Positions 50,026-60,862 are shown, numbered from the stretch's first letter. The stretch: 64,000 nt of DNA from Acidobacteriota bacterium (GCA_029776225.1 JAKOTR010000043.1:39195-103194), one strand, 5' to 3'. Numbers and translations are program-made. Notes: generated from the sequence alone by a model not told the origin.

Positions 50026-51312
50026 ATGGGACAACTCAGACAATTCAGAAATGGCAAGCTTTCGATCTGGCAATCGGCCGCTGACTCCGTAGTAGCGGCA
50101 CGCACCGGCGCGCCGGGCAGGCCGGATCCGGAAGACCCCATCATGGGCGCCGCCATTGAACTCGCGGCGAGGATCGACGCAGGGGAGACGCTGCGGGTCG
50201 CGTCTCTGGCGAGTCCAGCCATGATGGACCCGGCGGAGGGCGTGCTCTACTGCGCGCGCCTGGCGATGGCGCTGGGCGAAGCCAAGGCCGCCGCGCGCGT
50301 CCGCGACGTAGAGCGCTTCCAGGAAGAACTGGACCCTGAAACCGGCCTCTGCGATGCGGAATGGACCGAGATTGCCGAAAAGTACGCCGCCGGGCTCGTT
50401 TTCCATTTCGGCGACGTCCCCTACCGCCGGCACCGGTCGCTCAGCGATTTCGTCATCGAGGACCAGTTGCCGGCCAACGCGCGGGTTGCCATAGTCTCCC
50501 AACTGGGAACCGGATCGAGCGGCGCCATACGGGTGCTGAAGCAGATCGCGGCAAAGAAGCCCGACGTGCTGATCCACCTCGGCGACATTTACTACTCCGG
50601 CACGCCTTACGAGGTCGAGCGGTATTTTCTTGCGCCGCTGCGCGAACACCTGGATCTGTCTCAGGCGCGCTGCTTCTCCCTTTGCGGGAACCACGACGTT
50701 TATTCGGACGGAGCGGGATACTATGACACGCTGCTTCCGGCTCTTTCACAGCCGGCAAGCTATTTCTGTCTCCGGAACGACTACTGGCAGTTCATCGCCC
50801 TCGATACCGGATTGCGCGCGCGCGTCCCGGGCCGCAGCCCGACGTACCTCGAGCATTCGGAGGCCGAGTGGCTGCGCGACAAAATGCGGACCGCAGGAAA
50901 CCGGCAAACGGTGCTCCTGTCGCACCACCAGCTTTTTTCGGCGTTCGAAAGCACCGGCGAGACGTACTACAACGACACCCTCTACGCACAGATGGCGGAC
51001 GTGATCGAGCATGTCGCCCTGTGGTTCTGGGGACACGAGCACCGGCTGACGATCTACGACGCCTTCGATCCGCTCAAACCCGGCCTGGAGCGGGCCCGTT
51101 CGATCGGCCGGGGCGTCGAGGGATCCGCAGCCGCCCCGGTATTCCCCGAAGTGCGCATCCGGCATCACGAGGAACTGCCGGAGGACGCCTACGGCTACGC
51201 GATCATGGAACTCCAGGACGCAGGAGCGCGCATCGAATACTTTATCGACACCGGCGAGGGCAAGCCTCTGTTCGAAGAGACTATCGGGGCGGTCGCGCTG
51301 CGGGCCACTTAG
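50026..51312 (+). CDS. Metallophosphoesterase (calcineurin-like) family protein
   Basis: GDIYYSG, GNHD and GHEH motifs. GGGGAG RBS. Confidence 0.7.
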   Translation: MGQLRQFRNGKLSIWQSAADSVVAARTGAPGRPDPEDPIMGAAIELAARIDAGETLRVASLASPAMMDPAEGVLYCARLAMALGEAKAAARVRDVERFQEELDPETGLCDAEWTEIAEKYAAGLVFHFGDVPYRRHRSLSDFVIEDQLPANARVAIVSQLGTGSSGAIRVLKQIAAKKPDVLIHLGDIYYSGTPYEVERYFLAPLREHLDLSQARCFSLCGNHDVYSDGAGYYDTLLPALSQPASYFCLRNDYWQFIALDTGLRARVPGRSPTYLEHSEAEWLRDKMRTAGNRQTVLLSHHQLFSAFESTGETYYNDTLYAQMADVIEHVALWFWGHEHRLTIYDAFDPLKPGLERARSIGRGVEGSAAAPVFPEVRIRHHEELPEDAYGYAIMELQDAGARIEYFIDTGEGKPLFEETIGAVALRAT

Positions 51313-51366
51313 AGAGCCGCGCCGATTGCTACTCTGCGTGATCGTGTGTTATACGTCGGTTTTTCC

Positions 51367-52524
51367 ATGGACCGGCGTAAATTCCTTGGGCTCACCGCTG
51401 CGGCCGCCGTGGCCGCGTCAGCGCAGCAGAAGGAGGAGACCGCTATAGCATCGGCCACGCGCGATGAGACCCCGCGTGTGGCGATTGTTCTTTCCAGCTT
51501 CACCGGCGGCGAGGATCACGACGGCACCAAGTATAGCGGCCTTGCGGACCCGCAACCCGTGACCGCGAATCTCACCGCGGCGCAGATCGATGCGATGGTG
51601 CGCAAGGCCATCGAACTCGGCGTGACTCCGCAAGGCACGTTGGGCGACATCATCGCCGAGGACGAATGGGTTGTGATCAAGCCCAACATCGTCGCCTGTC
51701 ACGGACTTGGCCCGGAGGACAAGGACGGCGGCGCACACCACCGTTACATAAAGGGCACGGTGACCGATTTGCGCGTCGTGCAAAGCCTGATCGCGTATCT
51801 GGTGGAGCACAAGTGCGGGGCGCGCATCACCATCGCCGAGGGCTCGGGGGAATGGCTGCCTAAGGAGCGCTCGAAATCCCCCGTGGACGGATGGACCACG
51901 GAATGGGGTGGCGAGTTCGGCGGCCTGAGCTACCGCAAGATGGTGGACGAGTTCTCCAAAAAGCATCCCGGGATTCAGTTCGACATTGTCGATCTCAACT
52001 TCGACGGCACGGTCGAAATGCCCGCGCCTGCGAACCCGGAGCGTACTTACCACATACCGAAGACAATCCAGCAGTGCGACCGCCTGATCAGTGTCTGCCC
52101 GCTCAAGACGCACACCGGAACGGGCATTTCGGCGGCCATGAAAAACTACATCGGGATCGCGCCCGGCTCGCACTATGGATTCCCGAAAATGGCGCTGCAC
52201 AAGCTCGGCCCGCTGGAGCAGACCATCGTGGATTTGTACAGCATCCATCCGGCGGATTACGCGATCGTCGGGGGCTGCTGGGGCATCGGCGGCAAGGGAC
52301 CGTTCTATCCGGGCGGGGTCAGCGTTCATCACAACCTGATTCTGGCGGGCGCGAGCACAGTGGCCGTCGACGCTGTCGCGGCGGCCATCATGGGCTTCAA
52401 GCCGGAAGAGATCAAGTACTTCGCAATCGCGGAACGCAGGGGATTCGGCGGTTCCGATACCGACCTGATCTGGACGCGCGGCAACGAGATCGAGCAGGCG
52501 CGGCGCGATTTCCGCAATCCCTAA
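51367..52524 (+). CDS. DUF362 domain protein, Tat signal
   Basis: MDRRKFLGLTAAAAVAASA Tat signal. DUF362-like core (VCPLKTHTGTGISAAMKNYIG). Confidence 0.6.
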   Translation: MDRRKFLGLTAAAAVAASAQQKEETAIASATRDETPRVAIVLSSFTGGEDHDGTKYSGLADPQPVTANLTAAQIDAMVRKAIELGVTPQGTLGDIIAEDEWVVIKPNIVACHGLGPEDKDGGAHHRYIKGTVTDLRVVQSLIAYLVEHKCGARITIAEGSGEWLPKERSKSPVDGWTTEWGGEFGGLSYRKMVDEFSKKHPGIQFDIVDLNFDGTVEMPAPANPERTYHIPKTIQQCDRLISVCPLKTHTGTGISAAMKNYIGIAPGSHYGFPKMALHKLGPLEQTIVDLYSIHPADYAIVGGCWGIGGKGPFYPGGVSVHHNLILAGASTVAVDAVAAAIMGFKPEEIKYFAIAERRGFGGSDTDLIWTRGNEIEQARRDFRNP

Positions 52525-52576
52525 GCTCCAGAGCGCGCGCGGCCGGGGGCCTGTGCGATAAAAGAGAGAGGCCCTC

Positions 52577-53437
52577 ATGCAAATCGGTTTCCACACGGAC
52601 GCATTCAACAGCAGCTACTGGAACTTCGAGCAGTGCCTTCGGTGGGCGAACCGGAATGGGGTGCGTTTCATTGAGTGCGGCAGCATCGACGGCGTGAGCT
52701 GGATTCACGGGCTCGGATACCAGCCCCACATCGCGCTGTGGGAAGACCCGCTGATGGTTCGCCGGAAAATGGAAAGCTACGGCGTGAGCTTTTCGCAGCT
52801 CGATGCGGCATTCCCGCTCTCGCGGCCGGAGGGTGCGACGCTCGGGGTTGAATACATCCTCCACACCATGCGCTGGGCCAAGCTGGCCGGATGCCCGCGC
52901 ATCGACACCACGGACGACCGCGACAAACCCGCCGGCGCGACCGACCGCGAGGTGCTCGACCACATGCGCCGCATTTACCGCCAGGTGCTCCCGTTCGCCG
53001 AGGCGTACGGCATCGTCATTAACATCGAACCGCACGGCTACTATACAACGCGCCCCGAGTTCATGGCCGAGATGCTGTCTTTCTCCGATTCGCCGTTCCT
53101 GCGCATGAACATGGACACCGGCAACACTTTCATCGCCGGGCAGGACCCTGTGGCGTTCCTCGAGCGCTTCAAGGACAAGGTGGACCACGTACACATCAAG
53201 GACGTTAGCAAGAGCCTGGCCGCCGCCATGCGGGGCGAGCTGACAGGGATCGCCGTAAGCCAGTGTGCCGTCGGGGAGGGCGTGAACGCGGAGAACATCC
53301 GCCGCTGCCTCGCGATTCTTGCGGCTAGCGGCTATGACGGCGTGCTCAGCCTGGAGTGCGAAGGCCATGGAGGTCCGATGATTGAGCGCAGCCTCGCCTG
53401 GCTTCGGAGCGCAATATGCGCGGCTACCACGGGATAG
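52577..53437 (+). CDS. Sugar phosphate isomerase/epimerase (xylose isomerase-like TIM barrel)
   Basis: AP-endonuclease-2/xylose-isomerase-like fold residues (NIEPHGYY, HVHIKD). Confidence 0.7.
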   Translation: MQIGFHTDAFNSSYWNFEQCLRWANRNGVRFIECGSIDGVSWIHGLGYQPHIALWEDPLMVRRKMESYGVSFSQLDAAFPLSRPEGATLGVEYILHTMRWAKLAGCPRIDTTDDRDKPAGATDREVLDHMRRIYRQVLPFAEAYGIVINIEPHGYYTTRPEFMAEMLSFSDSPFLRMNMDTGNTFIAGQDPVAFLERFKDKVDHVHIKDVSKSLAAAMRGELTGIAVSQCAVGEGVNAENIRRCLAILAASGYDGVLSLECEGHGGPMIERSLAWLRSAICAATTG

Positions 53438-55368
53438 GGAGAGCGGACCGGCCGGTTCATTCAAGAGGAGTCAGAGGGGCGGAAACTCAAAAACAAGAGA
53501 AGGAGGCCCCCACCTCCGAGCGGTTACGCGCGCTGTGGCCCGACATCTGGGAGCTCCTCAGGCCGCGGCGGTGGTCGCTCGCGCTGGGCTTTGTCCTGAT
53601 CGCGATCAACCGCGCCGCCGGGCTGGTTCTGCCCGCCTCGACGAAATATCTGGTTGACGACGTCATCGGCAAGCGCCAGACCGAAATGCTCGTCCCGCTG
53701 GTAGCGGCGGTGCTGGCGGCGACGGCGGTGCAGGGCATCACGTCGTTTTCGCTCACACAGTTGCTCGCGAAATCCGCGCAGCGGCTGATTGCGGAGCTTC
53801 GCCGCAAGGTGCAGGCGCACGTTGGCAGGCTGCCCGTCGCCTACTACGATTCGAATAAGACCGGCACGCTCGTGTCGCGGATCATGACCGACGTGGAGGG
53901 CATACGGAACCTGATGGGCACGGGCCTGATCGAGTTCCTCGGCGGGCTGGTCACGGCGGCGATCGCGCTGGTGGTGCTCCTGCACATCAACGTGCTCATG
54001 ACGGCGATCGCCATTGTGCTGATCGGCGGGTTCATGTTCTTCCTGAGGCGCGCCTTTCGCACCATACGTCCTATCTTCCGCGAGCGCGGGCGCATCAATG
54101 CCGAGGTGACCGGCCGGCTCACCGAATCGCTCGGCGGAGTTCGCGTGGTGAAGGGCTACCATGCGGAAGCGCGCGAGGCCGAGGTTTTTTCGCGCGGCGT
54201 GCAGCGGCTGCTCGATAACATCCTGCGGACGCTCACCGCAACGTCGCTGATGAGCCTGAGCGCCACTCTGCTGCTCGGCGTTGTGGGCGGACTCATGATG
54301 TACGCCGGTGCGCGCCAGATCTTCGCGGGCGCCCTCACGCTGGGCGGGTTCGTCACTTTCACCGCCTTCCTCGCTTTCCTGGTGGCGCCAGCGTTCCAGA
54401 TCGTCGGCATCGGCACGCAGCTAACGGAAGCGATTGCCGGGCTCGAGCGCACGCGCGAAGTGCTCCGCGAAGCGCCCGAGGACAGCGACCCGCGGCGTAC
54501 GGTCGAGATGGGCCGGATACGCGGCGAGGTGGTGTTCGATCAGGTCAGCTTCGGTTATGAGGACGGCAAGCCTGTGCTGCACGACGTATCCTTCGAGGCC
54601 AATCCGGGCACGGTGACGGCGCTGGTGGGCTCGTCGGGATCGGGCAAGTCCACCATCATCGGCCTGATCGCGGCTTTCTATACGCCGTCGAGCGGCATGG
54701 TGCGGGTGGATGGCGTGGATCTGTCGACCGTGCGGTTAAGTTCTTACCGCACGCAGCTCGGCGTGGTGCTCCAGGACACCTTCCTGTTCGACGGAACCAT
54801 CCGGGAAAACATCATGTTCGGGCGGCCCGGCGCGAGCGAGGAAGAGTTCCTGGAAGCCTGCCGCATCGCGCGCGTGGACGAGTTCGCCGAAGGCTTCGCG
54901 GAGAAATACGACACGATAGTCGGCGAGCGCGGCGTCAAGCTTTCCGGCGGCCAGCGCCAGCGCGTTTCCATCGCGCGCGCGATCCTTGCAAGGCCGCGCA
55001 TCCTGATTCTCGACGAGGCTACTTCCAGCCTCGATTCCGAATCCGAGGCCTCGATCCAGCAGGGGCTGGCCTACCTCATGCAGGGGCGGACCACGTTCGT
55101 CATCGCGCACCGGCTTTCGACGATCCGCCGCGCCGACCAGATTCTGGTGGTGGAAGCGGGACGCATCGTCGAGCGCGGGACGCATGAATCGCTGCTTGCC
55201 GCGGGCGGCCGCTACTACGATCTCTACACCCGGCAGCACGGCATCGAGCAAAACCTGTTCCTCGCGCCGGGCGAGGGTGAACCGCCGCCCGCGGAAGAGG
55301 CGGTCCCGGCGCCGCCTCCGGATGGCAAGACCTCGCTCAGCGACGCGATGCGCCTGCTCGAAAACTGA
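53416..55368 (+). CDS. ABC exporter, fused permease + ATPase (MsbA-like)
   Basis: 6-TM domain. Walker A GSSGSGKST. Signature LSGGQRQRVSIARA. Walker B ILILDEATSSLD. Start ATG 53416 overlaps the previous gene by 22 nt; an internal AGGAGG RBS at 53501 has no nearby canonical start codon. Confidence 0.85.
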   Translation: MRGYHGIGRADRPVHSRGVRGAETQKQEKEAPTSERLRALWPDIWELLRPRRWSLALGFVLIAINRAAGLVLPASTKYLVDDVIGKRQTEMLVPLVAAVLAATAVQGITSFSLTQLLAKSAQRLIAELRRKVQAHVGRLPVAYYDSNKTGTLVSRIMTDVEGIRNLMGTGLIEFLGGLVTAAIALVVLLHINVLMTAIAIVLIGGFMFFLRRAFRTIRPIFRERGRINAEVTGRLTESLGGVRVVKGYHAEAREAEVFSRGVQRLLDNILRTLTATSLMSLSATLLLGVVGGLMMYAGARQIFAGALTLGGFVTFTAFLAFLVAPAFQIVGIGTQLTEAIAGLERTREVLREAPEDSDPRRTVEMGRIRGEVVFDQVSFGYEDGKPVLHDVSFEANPGTVTALVGSSGSGKSTIIGLIAAFYTPSSGMVRVDGVDLSTVRLSSYRTQLGVVLQDTFLFDGTIRENIMFGRPGASEEEFLEACRIARVDEFAEGFAEKYDTIVGERGVKLSGGQRQRVSIARAILARPRILILDEATSSLDSESEASIQQGLAYLMQGRTTFVIAHRLSTIRRADQILVVEAGRIVERGTHESLLAAGGRYYDLYTRQHGIEQNLFLAPGEGEPPPAEEAVPAPPPDGKTSLSDAMRLLEN

Positions 55369-55449
55369 CGCGTTCCACTTGTTAATTCTCCGTTAAAGCA
55401 AGCCTCTCCCGCGCGCCGCTGGCTGTATTCTGATACGCACGGAGGGGCG

Positions 55450-58218
55450 GTGCGAAGTCCGGGATCGCATAGACTGCTGGCCGGCGGCGCCCTTGTGCTG
55501 CTCATCAACACCGCGTACGTGTGGGCGTTCGCCTCGCCGACGATCTTCTACATGGGGAATGTGCTGTTGCACGTCGTGCTGGGAACGGCGGTTGTGGCGG
55601 GCTTTCTCGTGTTGTGGCGCCAGCGCGTCCCCACGCTTGCCGCCGCGGCGCTCATCGTCTCCCTTGCGCTCGGCCTTTTTCTCACCTGGGCCGGCGCGAC
55701 CACGCCGAACCGCTGGGCCTTGTGGGCGCACATCCTCGCTGCCGCGCTGGCGCTTGGCGCTCTCGGCCGTTTCGTGGCGAAGCACGCCACGCGGGGCTAT
55801 GCGCGCGCGTTCCGGCTCTGCCTGGTTCTGTTTGTCGCGCTGCCGCTTTCGGCGCGGCTTTACGAAAAATTTTTTCCCGATCCGGCTCACCGCATCGTGA
55901 ACTCGCGCCCCGCGCCCACGAGCATGGAAGGCGAAGGGGGCGGCCCGGATTCGCCGTTTTTCCCGTCCTCGGCCCGGACCAACACCGGCGGGTTCATCCC
56001 CGCCAGCTTCTTTCTGGATTCGGAGACCTGCGGCGAGTGCCACAAGGACATCTACGAGCAGTGGCGGAGCTCAATGCACCACTTCGCCAGCTTCAATAAC
56101 CAGTTCTACCGGAAGTCCATCGAGTACATGCAGGAGGTGGTGGGCACGCGTCCGAGCCGGTGGTGCGCCGGATGCCACGATCACGCGATGCTCTTCAGCG
56201 GCCGGTTCGACCAGCCTGCGGTGGAACAGATCGACACGCCCGAGGCGCAGGCTGGCCTGGGCTGCGTCTCCTGCCACGCCATAACGCACGTCGACAGCAC
56301 CATGGGCAACGGCGGATTCACGATCAGCTATCCGCCGCTTCACGAGCTGGCAAGCAGCCGCAACAAGTATCTTCGCGCGCTCGACCGCTTCCTTACTTAT
56401 CTCGATCCGGAACCCCACCGCCGCACGTTTATGAAGCCCTTCATGCGCGAGCAGCCCGCCGAGTTCTGCTCCGCTTGCCACAAGGTGCACCTGGACGTTC
56501 CAGTGAACAGTTATCGCTGGATCCGCGGATTCAACGATTACGACAACTGGCAGGCCAGCGGCGTCTCGGGCCAGGGCGCGCGCTCTTTCTATTACCCGGC
56601 AACACCCATGCACTGCTCCACATGCCACATGCCGCTTGTGCCGTCACGCGATCCGGGCAATGTGAACGGCATGGTCCACTCGCATCGCTTTGCGGCGGCG
56701 AACACGGCAGTGCCGCACGTCAACCGGGACGCCGAGCAGTTGCGCGCGGTCGAAGAGTTTTTGAAATCCGGCTTCATCACGGTGGATATTTTCGCCGCGG
56801 CGCCGGCGGAAGAAGCGCCACCCGCGCCTATGTGGCGGCGGCGCGGCGAAACACCGCAACTGAGTTCCACCTTCGCGGTGGGCGAGGAAGCCGAGCAGAC
56901 CGGGCACGTATTCCTTCGCGATCCCGGCCAGGTGGCAGCGCCGCTGGACCGCGCGGACCTCGTGCTTCGTCCGGGCGCGACCGTGCGCCTCGATGTGGTG
57001 GTGCGCACCCGCGCCATCGGTCACTTTTTCCCGGCCGGCACAGTGGATGCGTTCGACGTCTGGCTCGAACTGAAAGGGGAGGACGCCGAGGGCCGCGTCA
57101 TTTTCTGGAGCGGCGCGGTCGAGGACGGCGGCCGCGGCCCGGTGGAGCGCGGCGCGCACTTCTACCGCTCGTTCCTGTTGGATGGCGAGGGCAATCCGAT
57201 CAACAAGCGCAACGCCTGGATGGCGCGCAGCACTCTCTACGTGCGTTTGATCCCGCCCGGCGCTGCCGATTGCGTGCACTACCGGGTGAAAATTCCCGAC
57301 AACGCGCGCGGGCCCATTCACTTCACCGCGAAGCTCAACTATCGCAAGTTCTCGCACTACTACACCGAGTTCGCCTACGCCGGCAAGCCCGGAGCGGGAA
57401 GCGTCGCAGCGGACCACGATAACCGCGAATTCACCTTCCATCCGGCCGCGATCCCAAAGAACGTTTCCGGGGATGTCCGGGGCGAGATTCCGAATTTGCC
57501 CATCGTCACTCTCGCCCGCGCCGAGGCCGTGCTGCGGGTCGGGGATCGCATGACTGAAACGTCGTGGCGGCCCGTGGTGCGCAAAGAGGACCGCGAGCGG
57601 TGGAACGACTGGGGCATCGGCCTGCTGCTTCAGGGCGATCTGAAGGGCGCCGGCTTCGCTTTCAAAAAAGTCACCGAGGCCGAACCGGAATACGCCGACG
57701 GCTGGCTGAACGTCGCACGCGCGCTCATACAGGAAGGCGAAACGGAAGCGGCCAAGCCCTATATAGGGCGCGCCCTCGCCATCGATTCCACGCTCCCCCG
57801 CATACACTTCTTTAAGGCCATGATCGAGAAGGCCGAGGGCGACTACGACGCCGCAATCGCCTCGTTGCGCCGGGTTGAGAAAAGTTTTCCGCGCGACCGC
57901 GTGGTGTTGAACCAGTTGGGACGCCTGCTGTTCCTGAAGCGGCAGTACGCCGAAGCCGTCGCGGTGTTCGAAAGGACGCTGAGCGTGGACCCCGAAGACC
58001 TCCAGGCGCACTACAACCTCATGCTCTGCTACCGCGGGCTCGGCGATATCGAGCGCGCCCGCCGCGCCGAAGCGCTCTTCAAGCGGTTCAAGGCCGACGA
58101 AGACGCGCAGGAGATCACCGCGAAACCGCGCATGCTCAGCCCCGAAGACAACAACGAGCGGCAGATCATTCACGAGCACGTCAGCATTCCGCTCAGAGAA
58201 ATTGGAGGCGGGCTGTGA
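55450..58218 (+). CDS. Membrane-anchored pentahaem c-type cytochrome with C-terminal TPR repeats (GTG start)
   Basis: 4 N-terminal TM helices. 5 CXXCH motifs. TPR-like C-terminus (AEPEYADGWLNVARALIQEGE...). Confidence 0.75.
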   Translation: MRSPGSHRLLAGGALVLLINTAYVWAFASPTIFYMGNVLLHVVLGTAVVAGFLVLWRQRVPTLAAAALIVSLALGLFLTWAGATTPNRWALWAHILAAALALGALGRFVAKHATRGYARAFRLCLVLFVALPLSARLYEKFFPDPAHRIVNSRPAPTSMEGEGGGPDSPFFPSSARTNTGGFIPASFFLDSETCGECHKDIYEQWRSSMHHFASFNNQFYRKSIEYMQEVVGTRPSRWCAGCHDHAMLFSGRFDQPAVEQIDTPEAQAGLGCVSCHAITHVDSTMGNGGFTISYPPLHELASSRNKYLRALDRFLTYLDPEPHRRTFMKPFMREQPAEFCSACHKVHLDVPVNSYRWIRGFNDYDNWQASGVSGQGARSFYYPATPMHCSTCHMPLVPSRDPGNVNGMVHSHRFAAANTAVPHVNRDAEQLRAVEEFLKSGFITVDIFAAAPAEEAPPAPMWRRRGETPQLSSTFAVGEEAEQTGHVFLRDPGQVAAPLDRADLVLRPGATVRLDVVVRTRAIGHFFPAGTVDAFDVWLELKGEDAEGRVIFWSGAVEDGGRGPVERGAHFYRSFLLDGEGNPINKRNAWMARSTLYVRLIPPGAADCVHYRVKIPDNARGPIHFTAKLNYRKFSHYYTEFAYAGKPGAGSVAADHDNREFTFHPAAIPKNVSGDVRGEIPNLPIVTLARAEAVLRVGDRMTETSWRPVVRKEDRERWNDWGIGLLLQGDLKGAGFAFKKVTEAEPEYADGWLNVARALIQEGETEAAKPYIGRALAIDSTLPRIHFFKAMIEKAEGDYDAAIASLRRVEKSFPRDRVVLNQLGRLLFLKRQYAEAVAVFERTLSVDPEDLQAHYNLMLCYRGLGDIERARRAEALFKRFKADEDAQEITAKPRMLSPEDNNERQIIHEHVSIPLREIGGGL

Positions 58219-59876
58219 GGACCGGGCTCGCACTGGCGGCGGCAATCGTGTTCGCCGCCGCGGTTCCCGACGCGCCGCCGAAGATTCGCTTCACCGACGT
58301 CACCGCCGCGGCGGGCATCAGGTTCACGCACAACAGCGGCAGGGCGGGGAAGAAGTGGCTTCCCGAAACCATGGGCGCCGGCTGCGCGTTCTTCGATGCC
58401 GACGGCGACGGCTGGCCGGACATCCTGCTTGTCAACGGCAAGGACTGGACGCCGCGCGGCCGCAAGTCGCTGCCCGCGCTCTACCGCAACAACCGCGACG
58501 GCACGTTCACGGATGTCACGAGAGCAAGCGGCCTGGCGATCGAAATCTACGGATTCGGCGTCGCGATCGCCGACTACGACAACGATGGCCGCGAGGACAT
58601 CTACCTCACCGCGCTCGGCGGCGACCGCCTGTTCCACAACGAGGGCCAGTTCAAGTTTCGCGACGTGACCCGGGAATCCGGCATCGACAACAACACGTTC
58701 TCATCCAGCGCCGCGTGGTTCGATTATGACCGCGACGGAAAGGCGGACCTGTTCGTCGCGAACTACGTCCAGTGGACGCCGAAGACTGACCTCTGGTGCT
58801 CGCTCGACGGCGCGACGAAATCCTACTGTACGCCCGAATCCTACAAGGGCACGTCATCGAAGCTCTACCGCAATCTGGGCGGCGGCAAATTCCAGGACGT
58901 CACGGAAAAGGCCGGCCTGGCCGACCCCACCAGCAAGTCGCTCGGCGTCGCCGTGCTCGACTACAACAACGACGGCTGGCTCGACCTGTTCGTCGCCAAC
59001 GACACGCAGCCCAACAAGCTCTATCGCAACCGGGGCGACGGCACGTTCGCCGAGGAAGGACTCGCCGCCGGAGTCGCTTACGGTGAGGACGGCGCGGCGC
59101 GCGGCGCGATGGGCGTCGACGCCGCCGATTACGACCGCTCGGGCCGCGAGCACCTGCTGGTCGGCAACTTCTCCAACGAGATGCTCGCCCTCTACCACAA
59201 CGAAAGCAACGGGCTGTTCGTCGATGAGGCCCCGCGCTCCACCGTCGGCCGGGCCAGCCTGCTCTCGCTGACCTTCGGTGCGTTCTTTTTCGATTACGAC
59301 CTCGACGGTTACCCCGACATCTTCGCCGCAAACGGCCATATCGATGAGGAGATCAACCGCGTGCAGCCAACCGTGCAATTCCGGCAGCCGCCGCTGCTGC
59401 TCCGCAACATGGGAAAGGGCCGCTTCGAAGATGTCTCGCGAGTCGTGGGAGAGGATTTTCAGCTCCCGATGGTCGCGCGCGGCGCCGCCCACGGCGATTA
59501 CGACCGCGACGGCGATCGCGATATCCTCGTGACCACGAATCACGGCCCGGCGCGGCTGCTTCGCAATGACGGCGGCAATCGCAACCGCTGGCTCGCCATT
59601 AAGCTCGAAGGCACGCGTTCAAATCGCAGCGCCCTGGGCGCGCTCGTGACCGTGCGGAGCGCCTCCGGAACGCAATCGCAGCGCGTGCGCAGCGGTTCGA
59701 GTTACTGCTCGCAAAGCGATCTCACTCTCACCTTCGGCCTCGGTCGCGATGCGAAGGCTGACGAGATCGTTATCAACTGGCCGAACGGCGTCATCGAGCG
59801 CCTGACGAATGTCGCCGCCAACCAGCACTTGACGGTGCGCGAAGGGCAGGGCATCGTCGTGCCGCGTACACGCTAA
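58215..59876 (+). CDS. CRTAC1-family protein (FG-GAP/VCBS repeats + ASPIC/UnbV domain); GTG start overlapping the upstream stop (GTGA)
   Basis: Repeated DxDxDGxxD FG-GAP motifs. C-terminal ASPIC/UnbV-like region. GGAGG RBS 8 nt upstream. Confidence 0.8.
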   Translation: MRTGLALAAAIVFAAAVPDAPPKIRFTDVTAAAGIRFTHNSGRAGKKWLPETMGAGCAFFDADGDGWPDILLVNGKDWTPRGRKSLPALYRNNRDGTFTDVTRASGLAIEIYGFGVAIADYDNDGREDIYLTALGGDRLFHNEGQFKFRDVTRESGIDNNTFSSSAAWFDYDRDGKADLFVANYVQWTPKTDLWCSLDGATKSYCTPESYKGTSSKLYRNLGGGKFQDVTEKAGLADPTSKSLGVAVLDYNNDGWLDLFVANDTQPNKLYRNRGDGTFAEEGLAAGVAYGEDGAARGAMGVDAADYDRSGREHLLVGNFSNEMLALYHNESNGLFVDEAPRSTVGRASLLSLTFGAFFFDYDLDGYPDIFAANGHIDEEINRVQPTVQFRQPPLLLRNMGKGRFEDVSRVVGEDFQLPMVARGAAHGDYDRDGDRDILVTTNHGPARLLRNDGGNRNRWLAIKLEGTRSNRSALGALVTVRSASGTQSQRVRSGSSYCSQSDLTLTFGLGRDAKADEIVINWPNGVIERLTNVAANQHLTVREGQGIVVPRTR

Positions 59877-59896
59877 GCGGGTACAATAACTCCGTA

Positions 59897-60760
59897 ATGA
59901 AAACGAAACTGCGAACCGCTGCAATTACAGATGAATTCTGCCCGGATATCGAAGCCGCCGCGCAGGCGATGGCCGATATCGGCATGACCGGCGCCGAGTT
60001 GCGCGTTGTTTTCGGAAAAAACATTCTCGATCTGACGGACTCCGAGGTCGAGGCCGCCAAAGCCGCGGTGAACGCTAAAGGCCTCGAGGTTGTTTCGCTC
60101 TCCTCCCCGCTGCTGAAGTGCGTGCTGCCGGACTCCCCGCCGGTGGACACCCGGTTCCAGCACGATGTTTTCGCCTCTCAGCATACCTTTGAGGACCAGC
60201 CGCGCCTGGCCCGCCGCGCGTTCGAGATTGCCCACAAGACCGGCGCGCGCGTGATCCGCGTCTTTTCCTACTGGCGGACCGTCGAACCCGAAAAGTGTTT
60301 TGACCGCATCGCGGAAGCGCTCGGCTGCCTCGCCCGGGACGCCGCCAAAGAAGACCTCATTATCGGCGTTGAGAACGAGCACGCGTGTAACATCTCGACC
60401 GGCGCGGATACCGCACGCCTGCTGGCCGCCGTCGATCATCCGAATTTACAAGTGGTTTGGGACCCGGCCAACGCCTACGTGGCGGGCGAGATTCCGTTCC
60501 CCGATGGTTACCGCGCATTGCCCGCGAATCGCATTGCCCACGTGCACGCCAAAGACTGCCGCATCCTCGAGCAGCACAAGCCCATCTGGGGCCCGCTCGG
60601 CACCTGCGACATTGATTGGAAAGGCCAGATCGCCGCGCTGCTCGCCGACGGCTACAGCGGCTGGGTGAGCCTCGAAACCCACTGGCCCGGCCCGCAGGGA
60701 AATAAATTACAGGCCAGCATCATTTGCGGTTGCAACCTTCAGAGCCTGCTTTCCGTCTGA
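59897..60760 (+). CDS. Sugar phosphate isomerase/epimerase (xylose isomerase-like TIM barrel)
   Basis: TIM-barrel AP-endonuclease-2-like motifs (IGVENEH, HVHAKD). Confidence 0.7.
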   Translation: MKTKLRTAAITDEFCPDIEAAAQAMADIGMTGAELRVVFGKNILDLTDSEVEAAKAAVNAKGLEVVSLSSPLLKCVLPDSPPVDTRFQHDVFASQHTFEDQPRLARRAFEIAHKTGARVIRVFSYWRTVEPEKCFDRIAEALGCLARDAAKEDLIIGVENEHACNISTGADTARLLAAVDHPNLQVVWDPANAYVAGEIPFPDGYRALPANRIAHVHAKDCRILEQHKPIWGPLGTCDIDWKGQIAALLADGYSGWVSLETHWPGPQGNKLQASIICGCNLQSLLSV

Positions 60761-60862
60761 AGACCTGTTGATCGCACCGCCGGATGGCGCCGGCCACATC
60801 TCTAACGCTGTGGCCGGCGGAGACGCCATGGTATTCTGAATGCAATCGGGCGGAGCACCGCA

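Noticed and set aside
56644-58245. 533-aa minus-strand ORF
   Set aside because: Antisense to the multihaem-TPR cytochrome gene.
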